Below are positions 18,419-27,150 of a DNA stretch of 58,777 bases, piece after piece. The position numbers and the translations under genes are program-made. The first letter of the stretch is position 1. Every line of letters starts with the position of its first letter. The stretch is from a bacterium (GTDB lineage Bacteria; Zhuqueibacterota; Zhuqueibacteria; Oceanimicrobiales; Oceanimicrobiaceae): contig JBHHYI010000004.1 in the NCBI GenBank assembly GCA_046757525.1, positions 1 through 58,777 on the forward strand, read 5' to 3'. Under the pieces are notes generated by a model. The model had not been told where the DNA came from and did no database searches. It saw nothing but the letters and a program-made list of their open reading frames with translations.

Positions 18419-18906
18419 AAGTACAATTTTCGAAAAAATCCAGAGCGCAAGCAGAAGAAATAATCAGACGCTATCCACAAAAACGGGCGGCGATGTTGCC
18501 CATCCTGCATCTGGCAGAAAGCGAGTTTGGCGCTGTTTCTCCAGAGGTGGAGGTTTACGTGGGCGAGTTGTTGGAAGTGCCGCCGGTCAAAGTGCATGAA
18601 GTCATGACCTTTTACACCATGCTCGCCAGCAAACTTCGAGGGAAACACCATTTCCAGGTTTGCCGGGGGCTCTCTTGCGATCTGCGCGGCTGCACCAAAA
18701 TCATCGATTATCTGTCTGATCAGCTCAAGCTCAAACCGGGGGAAAGCAGCGAGGATTTGCAATTCACTTTTTCCACGGTTGAATGTCTTGGCGCCTGTGA
18801 GACGGCGCCTATGATGCAGCTAAACGACGATTACATCGGAGATCTAACCGAACAGAAAATCGCAGACATCCTGAAGAAATTGAACAGCAAAGGAAACCCT
18901 GAATAA
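18415..18906 (+). CDS. nuoE: NADH-quinone oxidoreductase subunit E
   Basis: TFYTM; 2Fe-2S ligands CRGLSC and ECLGAC. Confidence 0.93.
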   Translation: MKVQFSKKSRAQAEEIIRRYPQKRAAMLPILHLAESEFGAVSPEVEVYVGELLEVPPVKVHEVMTFYTMLASKLRGKHHFQVCRGLSCDLRGCTKIIDYLSDQLKLKPGESSEDLQFTFSTVECLGACETAPMMQLNDDYIGDLTEQKIADILKKLNSKGNPE

Positions 18907-18940
18907 CTTGACAGAATCTATCTGTACGTAAACGTCATGA

Positions 18941-19100
18941 GGCTGTCCAAAAAGTCAAGAAGGACCCTGTGGTTGTCATTCCTGCGAATCAGTCGTCCGG
19001 CAGCCGCCGGATGACCGAAGCAGGAATCCAAAAAAATCAATAGGTTATAGATTCCCGCTTCCGCGGGAATGACACAAAAATGGCCCTTTCTGGACAGCCC
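18941..19100. repeat. MITE/REP-like palindromic element between nuoE and nuoF
   Basis: ggctgtccaaaaag ... ctttctggacagcc ends enclose gtcattcctgcgaa..gcaggaatc..gattcccgcttccgcgggaatgac (18975-19073). Confidence 0.8.
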
Positions 19101-19182
19101 CGTCTACTGGGCAGGAGCAGAAAGATTCTCCCAAGTGCACAAGTTAGGAATGGCAATTTTTCCGAATCCGGACTGAAACAAC

Positions 19183-20478
19183 ATGAATGAAAAAATAATC
19201 TCAAAATTTTTTGACATCAAGGACAGCCACACCATTGCGGTCTACGAAGCGCACGGGGGCTACCAGACCGTTCGTAAGGTCTTTAAGGAGATGTCGCCAG
19301 AGGACGTCATCAACGAAGTGTTGCGTTCGAATCTGCGTGGCCTGGGGGGCGCCGGCTTCCCAACCGGCAGAAAGTGGTCTTTCATTCCAAAAGATAGTCC
19401 CAAGCCCAAGTATCTGGTCGTCAATGCCGACGAAAGTGAACCTGGTACCTTTAAGGACCGCTACATCATGGACAATTACACCCACGGCCTGCTCGAGGGC
19501 ATTATGATCGCGTCTTACGCCATTGGCGCTGAAAAAGCGTTCATCTACATCCGCGGGGAATATGTACGACAGGCTGAGAATCTGGAAGCCCAGATTGAAG
19601 CTGCCTATAAAAAGGGTTATCTGGGGCAAAATATTTTTGGCACTCGCAACAATTTAGATGTGCTGGTGCATCGTGGGGCAGGCGCTTACATTTGCGGCGA
19701 GGAAACCGCGCTGCTGGAGTCTTTGGAAGGCAAAAAGGGCTGGCCGCGCATGAAGCCCCCCTTTCCTGCCATTGAAGGCGCGTTTCGGAGTCCGACCATA
19801 GTCAACAATGTTGAGACCATAGCGTATGTACCCACAATCATTGAGAAGGGTGCCGAATGGTTTGCAGATTTGGGTTCGGAACGCAACGGCGGATTGCGAT
19901 TTTACAGCGTCAGCGGTCATGTGAAGAGACCTGGCGTCTACGAGTTGCCCATGGGTACGCCGCTGCGGGAAATCATTTTCGAACACGCCGGCGGTCTGCT
20001 TGACGGCGCGGAACTGAAAGCCGTGGTGCCAGGAGGTTCGTCTTCGCCCATCTTGAGACCTGAAGAAATCGACGTGAAGATGGATTATGATTCCCTGGCT
20101 GCCATCGGTTCCATGTTGGGTTCGGCAGGCGTCATCGTTATGGATCATTCGACCTGTCTGGTGCGAGCTTTACATGTCGTCACGCGATTCTATCACCACG
20201 AGTCCTGTGGACAATGCACGCCGTGCCGTGAAGGAACCGGCTGGGCCGAAAAGATTTTGAAGCGCATTCTGGATGGCAACGGAAGGCCGGAAGATGTGGA
20301 CAATCTGGTGTTAATCGCCAACAACATCATGGGAAACACCATTTGTCCACTGGGGGATGCGGCTGCTTTACCGATTCGAAGCTATGTCACGAAATTCCGG
20401 GATGAATTCGAATATCATGTGCAGGAGAAGCGTTGCAACATTGACGTACGAGAGGCGTTGATGGCTGCCGCTTCGTAA
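19183..20478 (+). CDS. nuoF: NADH-quinone oxidoreductase subunit F
   Basis: LRGLGGAGFPTG, NADESEPG, GAYICGEETAL, ESCGQCTPCREG. Confidence 0.97.
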   Translation: MNEKIISKFFDIKDSHTIAVYEAHGGYQTVRKVFKEMSPEDVINEVLRSNLRGLGGAGFPTGRKWSFIPKDSPKPKYLVVNADESEPGTFKDRYIMDNYTHGLLEGIMIASYAIGAEKAFIYIRGEYVRQAENLEAQIEAAYKKGYLGQNIFGTRNNLDVLVHRGAGAYICGEETALLESLEGKKGWPRMKPPFPAIEGAFRSPTIVNNVETIAYVPTIIEKGAEWFADLGSERNGGLRFYSVSGHVKRPGVYELPMGTPLREIIFEHAGGLLDGAELKAVVPGGSSSPILRPEEIDVKMDYDSLAAIGSMLGSAGVIVMDHSTCLVRALHVVTRFYHHESCGQCTPCREGTGWAEKILKRILDGNGRPEDVDNLVLIANNIMGNTICPLGDAAALPIRSYVTKFRDEFEYHVQEKRCNIDVREALMAAAS

Positions 20479-20520
20479 AACAGCAAACTGGCTTGGCATT
20501 TCAACCCAAGGATAATATAA

Positions 20521-22179
20521 ATGGTCAACATTACAATAGATGGAATTGAGTTAGAGGTCCAAAAGGGGACCACGGTCATTCAGGCCGCGGAAAAGATTGG
20601 CATCGAGATTCCACGGTATTGCTACCATCCAGGGCTCACCATTGTAGGGGTTTGCCGAATCTGCCTGGTTGAGATTGAGAGGATGCCTAAATTGCAAGTG
20701 GCTTGTTACACGCCGGTCACCGACGGCATGGTGGTACACACCAACACCGAGAAAGTGCTCGAAGCGCGCCGCGCGGTCCTGGAGTTTTTGCTGGTCAACC
20801 ATCCGCTGGATTGTCCGGTCTGCGATCAGGCGGGGGAGTGCTGGCTGCAGAATTTCTACATGCAGCACGGCCTTCACGACAGCAAAATGGTCGAAGATAA
20901 GGTAAAAAAGCACAAGGCCCTGCCTATCGGCCCACACGTGATGCTGGATTCCGAAAGGTGCATTCTGTGTTCTCGCTGCGTCAGGTTCTGCGATGAAATC
21001 AGCAAGTCGCATGAGCTGGGCATCTTCAACCGGGGCGATCATGCGGAGCTGCTGCCATATCCTGGACGCGAGTTAGACAATCATTATTCCGGAAACACCA
21101 TCGACATTTGTCCTGTCGGCGCTTTGACGGACAGGAATTTTCGCTTCAAAACCCGTGTCTGGTATCTCAGCGAAACCAGGTCTATTTGCCCGGGCTGCTC
21201 CAATGGCTGTAATATTTACGTGCACCACAACGACAAGCGCACTTACAAGGCGGACGGCGTTCGTATTTCCCGCCTTAAACCAAGGTACAACGCTGAAGTC
21301 AACCAGTGGTGGATGTGCGACGAAGGCCGGTACGGATTTACTCACGTGGATGCTGAATCCCGCCTGCTTGCGCCGCAGAAAAAGGAAAAGGGCGCCTGGC
21401 ACGAAATCACCTGGGACGACGCAACGGTTGAAATCGCGGCAAGATTCAATGAAATATTAGCCAGTCATGGTTCTGAAGCCATCGGAGTCATTCTCTCACC
21501 TCAGATGACCAACGAAGATCTTTTTGCCGGGCGACGCTTGTTTAAAGAGCTTCTGCACTTGAAAAACGTAGATTACCGGCTCAAACCGTTGGTCAAGGGC
21601 TACGAAGACGATTTCCTGATCAAGTCCGACAAGAATCCGAACACAGCGGGCGGTGAGGCTTTGCATTTGTCACCGCAAGGAAAGGGCGAACTCAAGGTAG
21701 AGAAAATGCTAAACGCCGCCATTGAAAAAAAGATCAAAGCGTTGTATATTTGTCACCACGATTTGGAGCGAGGCCTCGCACAAAATGTTTTACAAAAGGC
21801 GCTGACAGGCCTGGAATTGCTGGTGTTTCAGGGGACGAATGCAAATTCCACCTCCGAATTGGCCCACTACACGCTGCCCAGCGCAGCTTTTGTCGAGAAG
21901 GACGGCACGTTCACCAACTATGCCGGTCGTGTCCAAAGGATCAACAAAGCTGTTGAACCCCTTGGAGAGGCCAAACCGGACTGGGCAATCTTCCGGAACC
22001 TCGCCAAAGCCCTGGGCAAGTCGATGCCGTTTTTCGACGCTGAAGATGTGTTTAATGTTTTAGCCGAAGAAGTTGACGCATTTAATGGGCTGAACTACAA
22101 CAATATCGGAGCACAGGGTTTGTTGCTAAATGGCCAATTAGTGGAGAGGGAGTCTGAAGTGGAGGTGAAAGTAGCTTAA
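20521..22179 (+). CDS. nuoG: NADH-quinone oxidoreductase subunit G (short, 552 aa)
   Basis: IPRYCYH, CRIC, HPLDCPVCDQAGEC, RCILCSRCVRFC, CPGCSNGC. Confidence 0.92.
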   Translation: MVNITIDGIELEVQKGTTVIQAAEKIGIEIPRYCYHPGLTIVGVCRICLVEIERMPKLQVACYTPVTDGMVVHTNTEKVLEARRAVLEFLLVNHPLDCPVCDQAGECWLQNFYMQHGLHDSKMVEDKVKKHKALPIGPHVMLDSERCILCSRCVRFCDEISKSHELGIFNRGDHAELLPYPGRELDNHYSGNTIDICPVGALTDRNFRFKTRVWYLSETRSICPGCSNGCNIYVHHNDKRTYKADGVRISRLKPRYNAEVNQWWMCDEGRYGFTHVDAESRLLAPQKKEKGAWHEITWDDATVEIAARFNEILASHGSEAIGVILSPQMTNEDLFAGRRLFKELLHLKNVDYRLKPLVKGYEDDFLIKSDKNPNTAGGEALHLSPQGKGELKVEKMLNAAIEKKIKALYICHHDLERGLAQNVLQKALTGLELLVFQGTNANSTSELAHYTLPSAAFVEKDGTFTNYAGRVQRINKAVEPLGEAKPDWAIFRNLAKALGKSMPFFDAEDVFNVLAEEVDAFNGLNYNNIGAQGLLLNGQLVERESEVEVKVA

Positions 22180-22180
22180 G

Positions 22181-23245
22181 ATGATTGCAGACATCGGAAT
22201 TGTGGTGGCAAAACTGGTTTTTGTTCTGGCATTTGTCCTTAGCTTCGGTGGCTTGCTCACCTGGGTGGAACGCAAGCAGAGTGCGGTCATGCAAGATCGC
22301 ATCGGTGCAAACCGGGCTTCCATTTTTGGGTTGCGAATCATTGGCCTTTTTCATCCTCTGGCGGACGCTCTCAAGATGTTCACCAAAGAAAGCTTTCGTC
22401 CCGTCAACGCAGAGAAGTTTTTGTTTACCATGGCACCGACCATTTCGGTCTTTTTCGCACTGATCGGATTCGCGGTCATCCCTTTTGGCAACGTCTTGCA
22501 TATTGGTGCAAGGGACATCAGTTTGCAATTAGCGCCTTTAAACCTGGGCGTTTTGTATTTGTTTGCCGTGGCCGGAATGGCGGTCTACGGCGTGGTCCTG
22601 GGCGCCTGGTCATCACGGAACAATTTTGCCTTACTCGGCGGGTTGCGAGCGTCAGCCCAGATGATTTCCTACGAAATAGCCTTAGGTGTGACCATCATGG
22701 GCAGCTTGATGATCTACCAGACCGTCGACCTGCAGGAAATCGTGCGCTGGCAGGGCGCACACGTCTGGGGTGTTTTGTTGCAGCCGCTGGGCTTTCTGCT
22801 GTTTCTAACCGTGGGCATCGCTGAAACCAAGCGCGTGCCGTTTGACCCCCCCGAAGGGGAGTCGGAGATCATCGGTTACTTTCTGGAATACAGCGGCATG
22901 GGCTTCGGCATGTACTTCTTGACCGACTTCATCGAAACGGTCATGATCTCAGCGATCACGGTGACGCTTTTCTTCGGGGGCTGGCAGGTACCCTTTTTGC
23001 AGGAGAGCGGTTTTCATTTTCCCTGGGGCACCACCTGGGCTTTGAGCAACTGGGCGGTGGAGCTTTTGCATGTGGTCAGTTTTACTTTGAAAGTAGTCTT
23101 TTTCTTGTGGCTACAAATGGTGATCCGGTGGACTTTGCCACGCTTTCGTTACGATCAGGTCATGCGCCTGGGCTGGAAGTACATTCTGCCCATTTCGCTA
23201 GCCAATATCGTGGTCACCGGCTTTATTATTCTTTTGGTGCAATAG
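22181..23245 (+). CDS. nuoH: NADH-quinone oxidoreductase subunit H
   Basis: ERK, QDRIG, AQMISYE, PFDPPEGESE, PRFRYDQ. Confidence 0.96.
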   Translation: MIADIGIVVAKLVFVLAFVLSFGGLLTWVERKQSAVMQDRIGANRASIFGLRIIGLFHPLADALKMFTKESFRPVNAEKFLFTMAPTISVFFALIGFAVIPFGNVLHIGARDISLQLAPLNLGVLYLFAVAGMAVYGVVLGAWSSRNNFALLGGLRASAQMISYEIALGVTIMGSLMIYQTVDLQEIVRWQGAHVWGVLLQPLGFLLFLTVGIAETKRVPFDPPEGESEIIGYFLEYSGMGFGMYFLTDFIETVMISAITVTLFFGGWQVPFLQESGFHFPWGTTWALSNWAVELLHVVSFTLKVVFFLWLQMVIRWTLPRFRYDQVMRLGWKYILPISLANIVVTGFIILLVQ

Positions 23246-23249
23246 ACAC

Positions 23250-23837
23250 ATGAACGTTCACGACAAATACAAGCCGCTTACATTCTGGGAAAAGACCTAC
23301 ATTCCCAGGATACTCGAAGGTCTCTGGTTGACTTCCAAACACTTTTTTCGGAACATGGTAGCCCACACGTTGCGCCTGGTTGGTATTAAACTAAAATGGC
23401 TGGGTGCGGTGACCTTCCAGTATCCGGAAGTGCTAAGACCCATCTTCCCGCGTCTCAGGACCATGCACCGTCTCACCAAACGCGAGGATGGTACACCTCG
23501 TTGTGTGGCCTGCATGATGTGCGAAACCGTTTGTCCGGCCAAATGCATTTATATCATTGCCGATGAGAAGCCTGAAAATCTCCAAATTGAAAAGATGCCA
23601 GCAAGCTTCGACATTGACCTTGGCTTGTGCATTTTTTGCGGCTACTGTGTTGAAGCCTGCCCGGAAGACGCCATTCGTATGGACACGGGCATCCTCGAAA
23701 TCGCTAACTACACCCGGAACGGTATGCTTTTGGACATGCAAACCATGTTGAGCTTAGAACCCAGGCACGGCCGCTATGTGAAGTACAATGACAAGGGGGA
23801 AATCGTTTCGGATGAGTTTCTTACGGAAGTGGATTAA
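23250..23837 (+). CDS. nuoI: NADH-quinone oxidoreductase subunit I
   Basis: TFQYPE, CVACMMCETVCP, CIFCGYCVEACP. Confidence 0.94.
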   Translation: MNVHDKYKPLTFWEKTYIPRILEGLWLTSKHFFRNMVAHTLRLVGIKLKWLGAVTFQYPEVLRPIFPRLRTMHRLTKREDGTPRCVACMMCETVCPAKCIYIIADEKPENLQIEKMPASFDIDLGLCIFCGYCVEACPEDAIRMDTGILEIANYTRNGMLLDMQTMLSLEPRHGRYVKYNDKGEIVSDEFLTEVD

Positions 23838-23866
23838 AGCAATGGGATTAAAGTTGATTTGTTTGC

Positions 23867-23895
23867 TTGATTTGACCTGAGTTTTTTCGTATATT
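23867..23895 (+). promoter_or_regulatory. sigma70-type promoter for the second nuoB-C-I-D cluster
   Basis: TTGATT (23867-23872), 17 nt, TATATT (23890-23895); RBS aggag before ATG 23950. Confidence 0.6.
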
Positions 23896-23949
23896 CAGCA
23901 CAATCAAAATTAACCCTCCTTTAACTTTTTATTAGCAGGAGTTAATCAC

Positions 23950-24498
23950 ATGCCGAAAGTTCAACAACCATTTGTTGGAGAAGAGGCGAAGTTTTTGGAA
24001 GAGGGTCAATACGGGGACAATGTCTTGATCACGTCCATCGATCGGATCTTGAGTTGGGCACGGCTCTCCTCCTTGTGGCCCATGACTTTTGGCCTGGCCT
24101 GCTGCGCCATCGAAATGATGGCCACCGCAGCCTCGCGCTACGATCTGGACCGCTTTGGTGCAGGGGTCATGCGGCCCAGTCCCAGACAAACGGATTTAAT
24201 GATCGTAGCCGGTACGGTTACCATTAAAATGGCGGAGCGCATCAAGAAGCTCTACGACCAAATGCCGGAACCCAAATATGTGCTTTCCATGGGAAGCTGT
24301 GCCACCTGTGGCGGCCCCTATTGGCAACATGGGTACCATGTTCTAAAAGGCGTCGACTTGATCGTTCCGGTAGATGTCTACGTTACTGGTTGCCCCCCGA
24401 GACCCGAAGCCCTCATCGACGGCGTCATCAAAATCCAGGAAAAAATCCGCAAAGAAAGCCTGATTAAACTCAAACAACAGGAAAGGGTCAAAGCATGA
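23950..24498 (+). CDS. nuoB: NuoB paralog 2
   Basis: [31 protein letters not shown]. Confidence 0.95.
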   Translation: MPKVQQPFVGEEAKFLEEGQYGDNVLITSIDRILSWARLSSLWPMTFGLACCAIEMMATAASRYDLDRFGAGVMRPSPRQTDLMIVAGTVTIKMAERIKKLYDQMPEPKYVLSMGSCATCGGPYWQHGYHVLKGVDLIVPVDVYVTGCPPRPEALIDGVIKIQEKIRKESLIKLKQQERVKA

Positions 24499-25109
24499 CT
24501 CCAGCAGATATTCACAAGAGATTGCAAGACAAATTTGGCGACGCCATTGTGGAAGTCGGCGAAGAGGCCCTGGATCCGTGGATTAAGATTGCTGCTGAAA
24601 AAACGTTAGAGATAGCGACCTTTTTGAAAACCGATGCGGAGCTTGCTTTTGATTATTTGATGTGTTTGAGCGGGCTGGATTACGGTGCGGAAAGCAATCT
24701 GGGCGTGGTCTACAATCTGTTTTCCATGAAACACAAACACAAGATCACGATCAAAGTGGATTTGCCGCGGGACAACCCGAAGGTCCCTTCAGTGGAGACC
24801 ATCTGGCGCACAGCCGATTGGCACGAACGCGAAGCCTACGATTTGTTTGGCATTCAGTTTGAAGGCCACCGTGACTTGCGACGCATCCTGTGCCCGGATG
24901 ATTGGGAAGGTTACCCCCTGCGCAAAGACTACGTCGTGCAGGAATTCTACCATGGTATTCGCGTTCCCTACCAGGAAGATTGGGAGAAATATGAGACCTT
25001 CCAGAGAAATCCGGAACGGGGTCACTTCGTGTTCAAATTTGAGAACAAAGCTCCCGGGGTCGTACTTGCAGATGAAAACGGCAAAAAGGACGAGAAAAAC
25101 AAGGACTAA
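24495..25109 (+). CDS. nuoC: NuoC paralog 2 (stand-alone)
   Basis: [19 protein letters not shown]. Confidence 0.94.
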   Translation: MTPADIHKRLQDKFGDAIVEVGEEALDPWIKIAAEKTLEIATFLKTDAELAFDYLMCLSGLDYGAESNLGVVYNLFSMKHKHKITIKVDLPRDNPKVPSVETIWRTADWHEREAYDLFGIQFEGHRDLRRILCPDDWEGYPLRKDYVVQEFYHGIRVPYQEDWEKYETFQRNPERGHFVFKFENKAPGVVLADENGKKDEKNKD

Positions 25110-25111
25110 CC

Positions 25112-25711
25112 ATGGCTACTTATTTTCGCAACATTTATCGCGCCATTGTCACCATTGCCATCGGCATGGCGCAAACCTGGAAGGCCCTATTTCGCCCGGC
25201 GATTACCCTGCAATATCCCGATGAAAAATGGGACTTGCCGATCAACGCGCGTGGAATCTTGTTTAATAACGTCGATGACTGCATTGGTTGTTACAAATGC
25301 GCCAGAATTTGTCCGGTCAATTGCATTTACATCGACACGGTAAAAGCTTTGCCGGAGGAAGATTTGGGCAAGGCGTCGATGGGCAACCCCATTCGCCAGC
25401 ACGTCATTCGCTTTGACATCGATATGTTCAAATGCTGCTATTGCGATTTCTGCACCACCGTCTGTCCCACCGAGTGTTTGTACATGACCGATGTTTACGA
25501 AAACGGGGTCTTCAGCCGGGAAAACGGCATTTACCATTTCGCAAAATACTCGCCTGAAGAAGCCCTGGCTCTTCTGGAAAGAGAGCAACGCGAGGAAATG
25601 CAAAAGGCGAAAGCGAAAGAAGCCGCCCTGGCGGCCAAGAAAGCTGCGGCGGAAAAAGCGCAAAAGGAGAAACCGGTCAAGGAAGAAGCAGCCGCGGAAG
25701 CTACGAATTAA
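25112..25711 (+). CDS. nuoI: NuoI paralog 2 with Ala/Lys/Glu-rich tail
   Basis: TLQYPDE, CIGCYKCARICP, CCYCDFCTTVCP. Confidence 0.9.
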   Translation: MATYFRNIYRAIVTIAIGMAQTWKALFRPAITLQYPDEKWDLPINARGILFNNVDDCIGCYKCARICPVNCIYIDTVKALPEEDLGKASMGNPIRQHVIRFDIDMFKCCYCDFCTTVCPTECLYMTDVYENGVFSRENGIYHFAKYSPEEALALLEREQREEMQKAKAKEAALAAKKAAAEKAQKEKPVKEEAAAEATN

Positions 25712-25754
25712 TCCGCAACGGCTGGGAAACAGTGATTGCCAAACAAGAGAATAG

Positions 25755-27011
25755 ATGGGCATGATAGGAAATCTTTTTAAGAAAAAAAGAGTTCTGTTCG
25801 AAGACGAAAACACCGTCGTGGTCGACCTGGATCACTCTGCCGGCCGTTATTACGAGGATGCCATGAAGAAGCTGGAGGTCGAATCGTACCAGGGCGATGA
25901 AATGGTGGTGAACATGGGGCCCCAGCACCCCAGTACCCACGGTGTCCTGCGCCTGGAACTGGTTCTCGATGGTGAAGTGGTCAAAAAGGTCACGCCGCAC
26001 ATCGGCTATTTGCACAGAAATTTCGAAAAGCACGCAGAGAACATCAGCTATAACGAGGTCATCCCTTTCTGCGATCGCATTGATTATCTGGCTTCCATGA
26101 ATCAAGACGAGGCCTATGCCCTGGCCGTCGAAAGACTAATTGGTCTGAACGAGTTGCCGGAAAAGGTGGAATATTTGCGGGTGCTTTGCTGTGAGCTCAA
26201 CCGGATCGCCAGCCACCTGGTCGCCATCGGAACCTTTGGCCTCGATGTGGGCGCGTTCACGCCGTTTCTGTGGGCTTTCCGCGATCGCGAGAAAATCCTC
26301 GACTTGTTGGAATGGATTTCCGGGGCACGCATGCTGTACAACTACATCTGGGTCGGCGGCCTGGCCAGAGAAATGCCGGAAGAATGGCCAGCCTATGTGA
26401 AGAAATTTGTCGATTACTTCGGTCCCAAGATGGTCGAGTTCAACAAACTTCTAACTGAAAACCACATTTTCATTGAAAGAACTGCCCATGTCGGCGTGCT
26501 GCCAGAAGAGCTCGCGCTCAGCTACGGCTGCAGCGGCCCGGTGTTGCGGGGCTCTGGTCTCAAGTGGGACATCAGAAAGGAAGAGCCCTACTCGTTTTAC
26601 GACAAATTTGAGTTTGACGTGCCAATAGGCAAAGGCAAGTTTGGACCTCTGGGCTCGGTTCTGGACCGCTATCTGGTTCGAATCGAAGAGATTGAACAGT
26701 CGGTAAAGATAATCCGGCAAGCTTTGGCAGGCCTGGAGCAGTTCAAAGCTCAGGACGTCAAGGCCGCTATTCCGCGCAGAATTCGACCGCCCGACGGGGC
26801 GGAAGCCTATGTTAGAAGCGAAACGCCTCGTGGTGAGTTGGGGTTTCTCATCCGTAGTGACGGCTCAGATGTGCCGTTCCGGGTCAAGGCACGCTCACCT
26901 TGCTTCAGCAACATCAGTGTTCTCGACGACATTTCTCGCGGGGCCATGATTGCCGATCTGGTCATCATCATCGGTAGCATCGACATCGTGTTAGGTTGTA
27001 TCGATCGGTAG
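25755..27011 (+). CDS. nuoD: NuoD paralog 2 (stand-alone)
   Basis: NMGPQHPSTHGVLRL, GYLHR, DRIDY, ends DIVLGCIDR. Confidence 0.94.
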   Translation: MGMIGNLFKKKRVLFEDENTVVVDLDHSAGRYYEDAMKKLEVESYQGDEMVVNMGPQHPSTHGVLRLELVLDGEVVKKVTPHIGYLHRNFEKHAENISYNEVIPFCDRIDYLASMNQDEAYALAVERLIGLNELPEKVEYLRVLCCELNRIASHLVAIGTFGLDVGAFTPFLWAFRDREKILDLLEWISGARMLYNYIWVGGLAREMPEEWPAYVKKFVDYFGPKMVEFNKLLTENHIFIERTAHVGVLPEELALSYGCSGPVLRGSGLKWDIRKEEPYSFYDKFEFDVPIGKGKFGPLGSVLDRYLVRIEEIEQSVKIIRQALAGLEQFKAQDVKAAIPRRIRPPDGAEAYVRSETPRGELGFLIRSDGSDVPFRVKARSPCFSNISVLDDISRGAMIADLVIIIGSIDIVLGCIDR

Positions 27012-27150
27012 ACTGGCTCAGCAATGTAAAACAGAATGGTGCACCTGTAACGCTGGCTTGAGTTTCTGGCTGGCGTTATTTGTTTGAGGCCTTGTGCGCG
27101 AGGCTCGAATGAGCACGGAGTTCAATCAAGTTCAACAGAATGGAATCGTT

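Noticed and set aside
25590-25711. Repeat-like GCG/AAA-rich sequence
   Set aside because: Explained by the Ala/Lys/Glu-rich tail of NuoI2
23950-27011. Group 4 NiFe hydrogenase
   Set aside because: Large subunit lacks RxCxxC and DPCxxC; small subunit has tandem CC like NuoB
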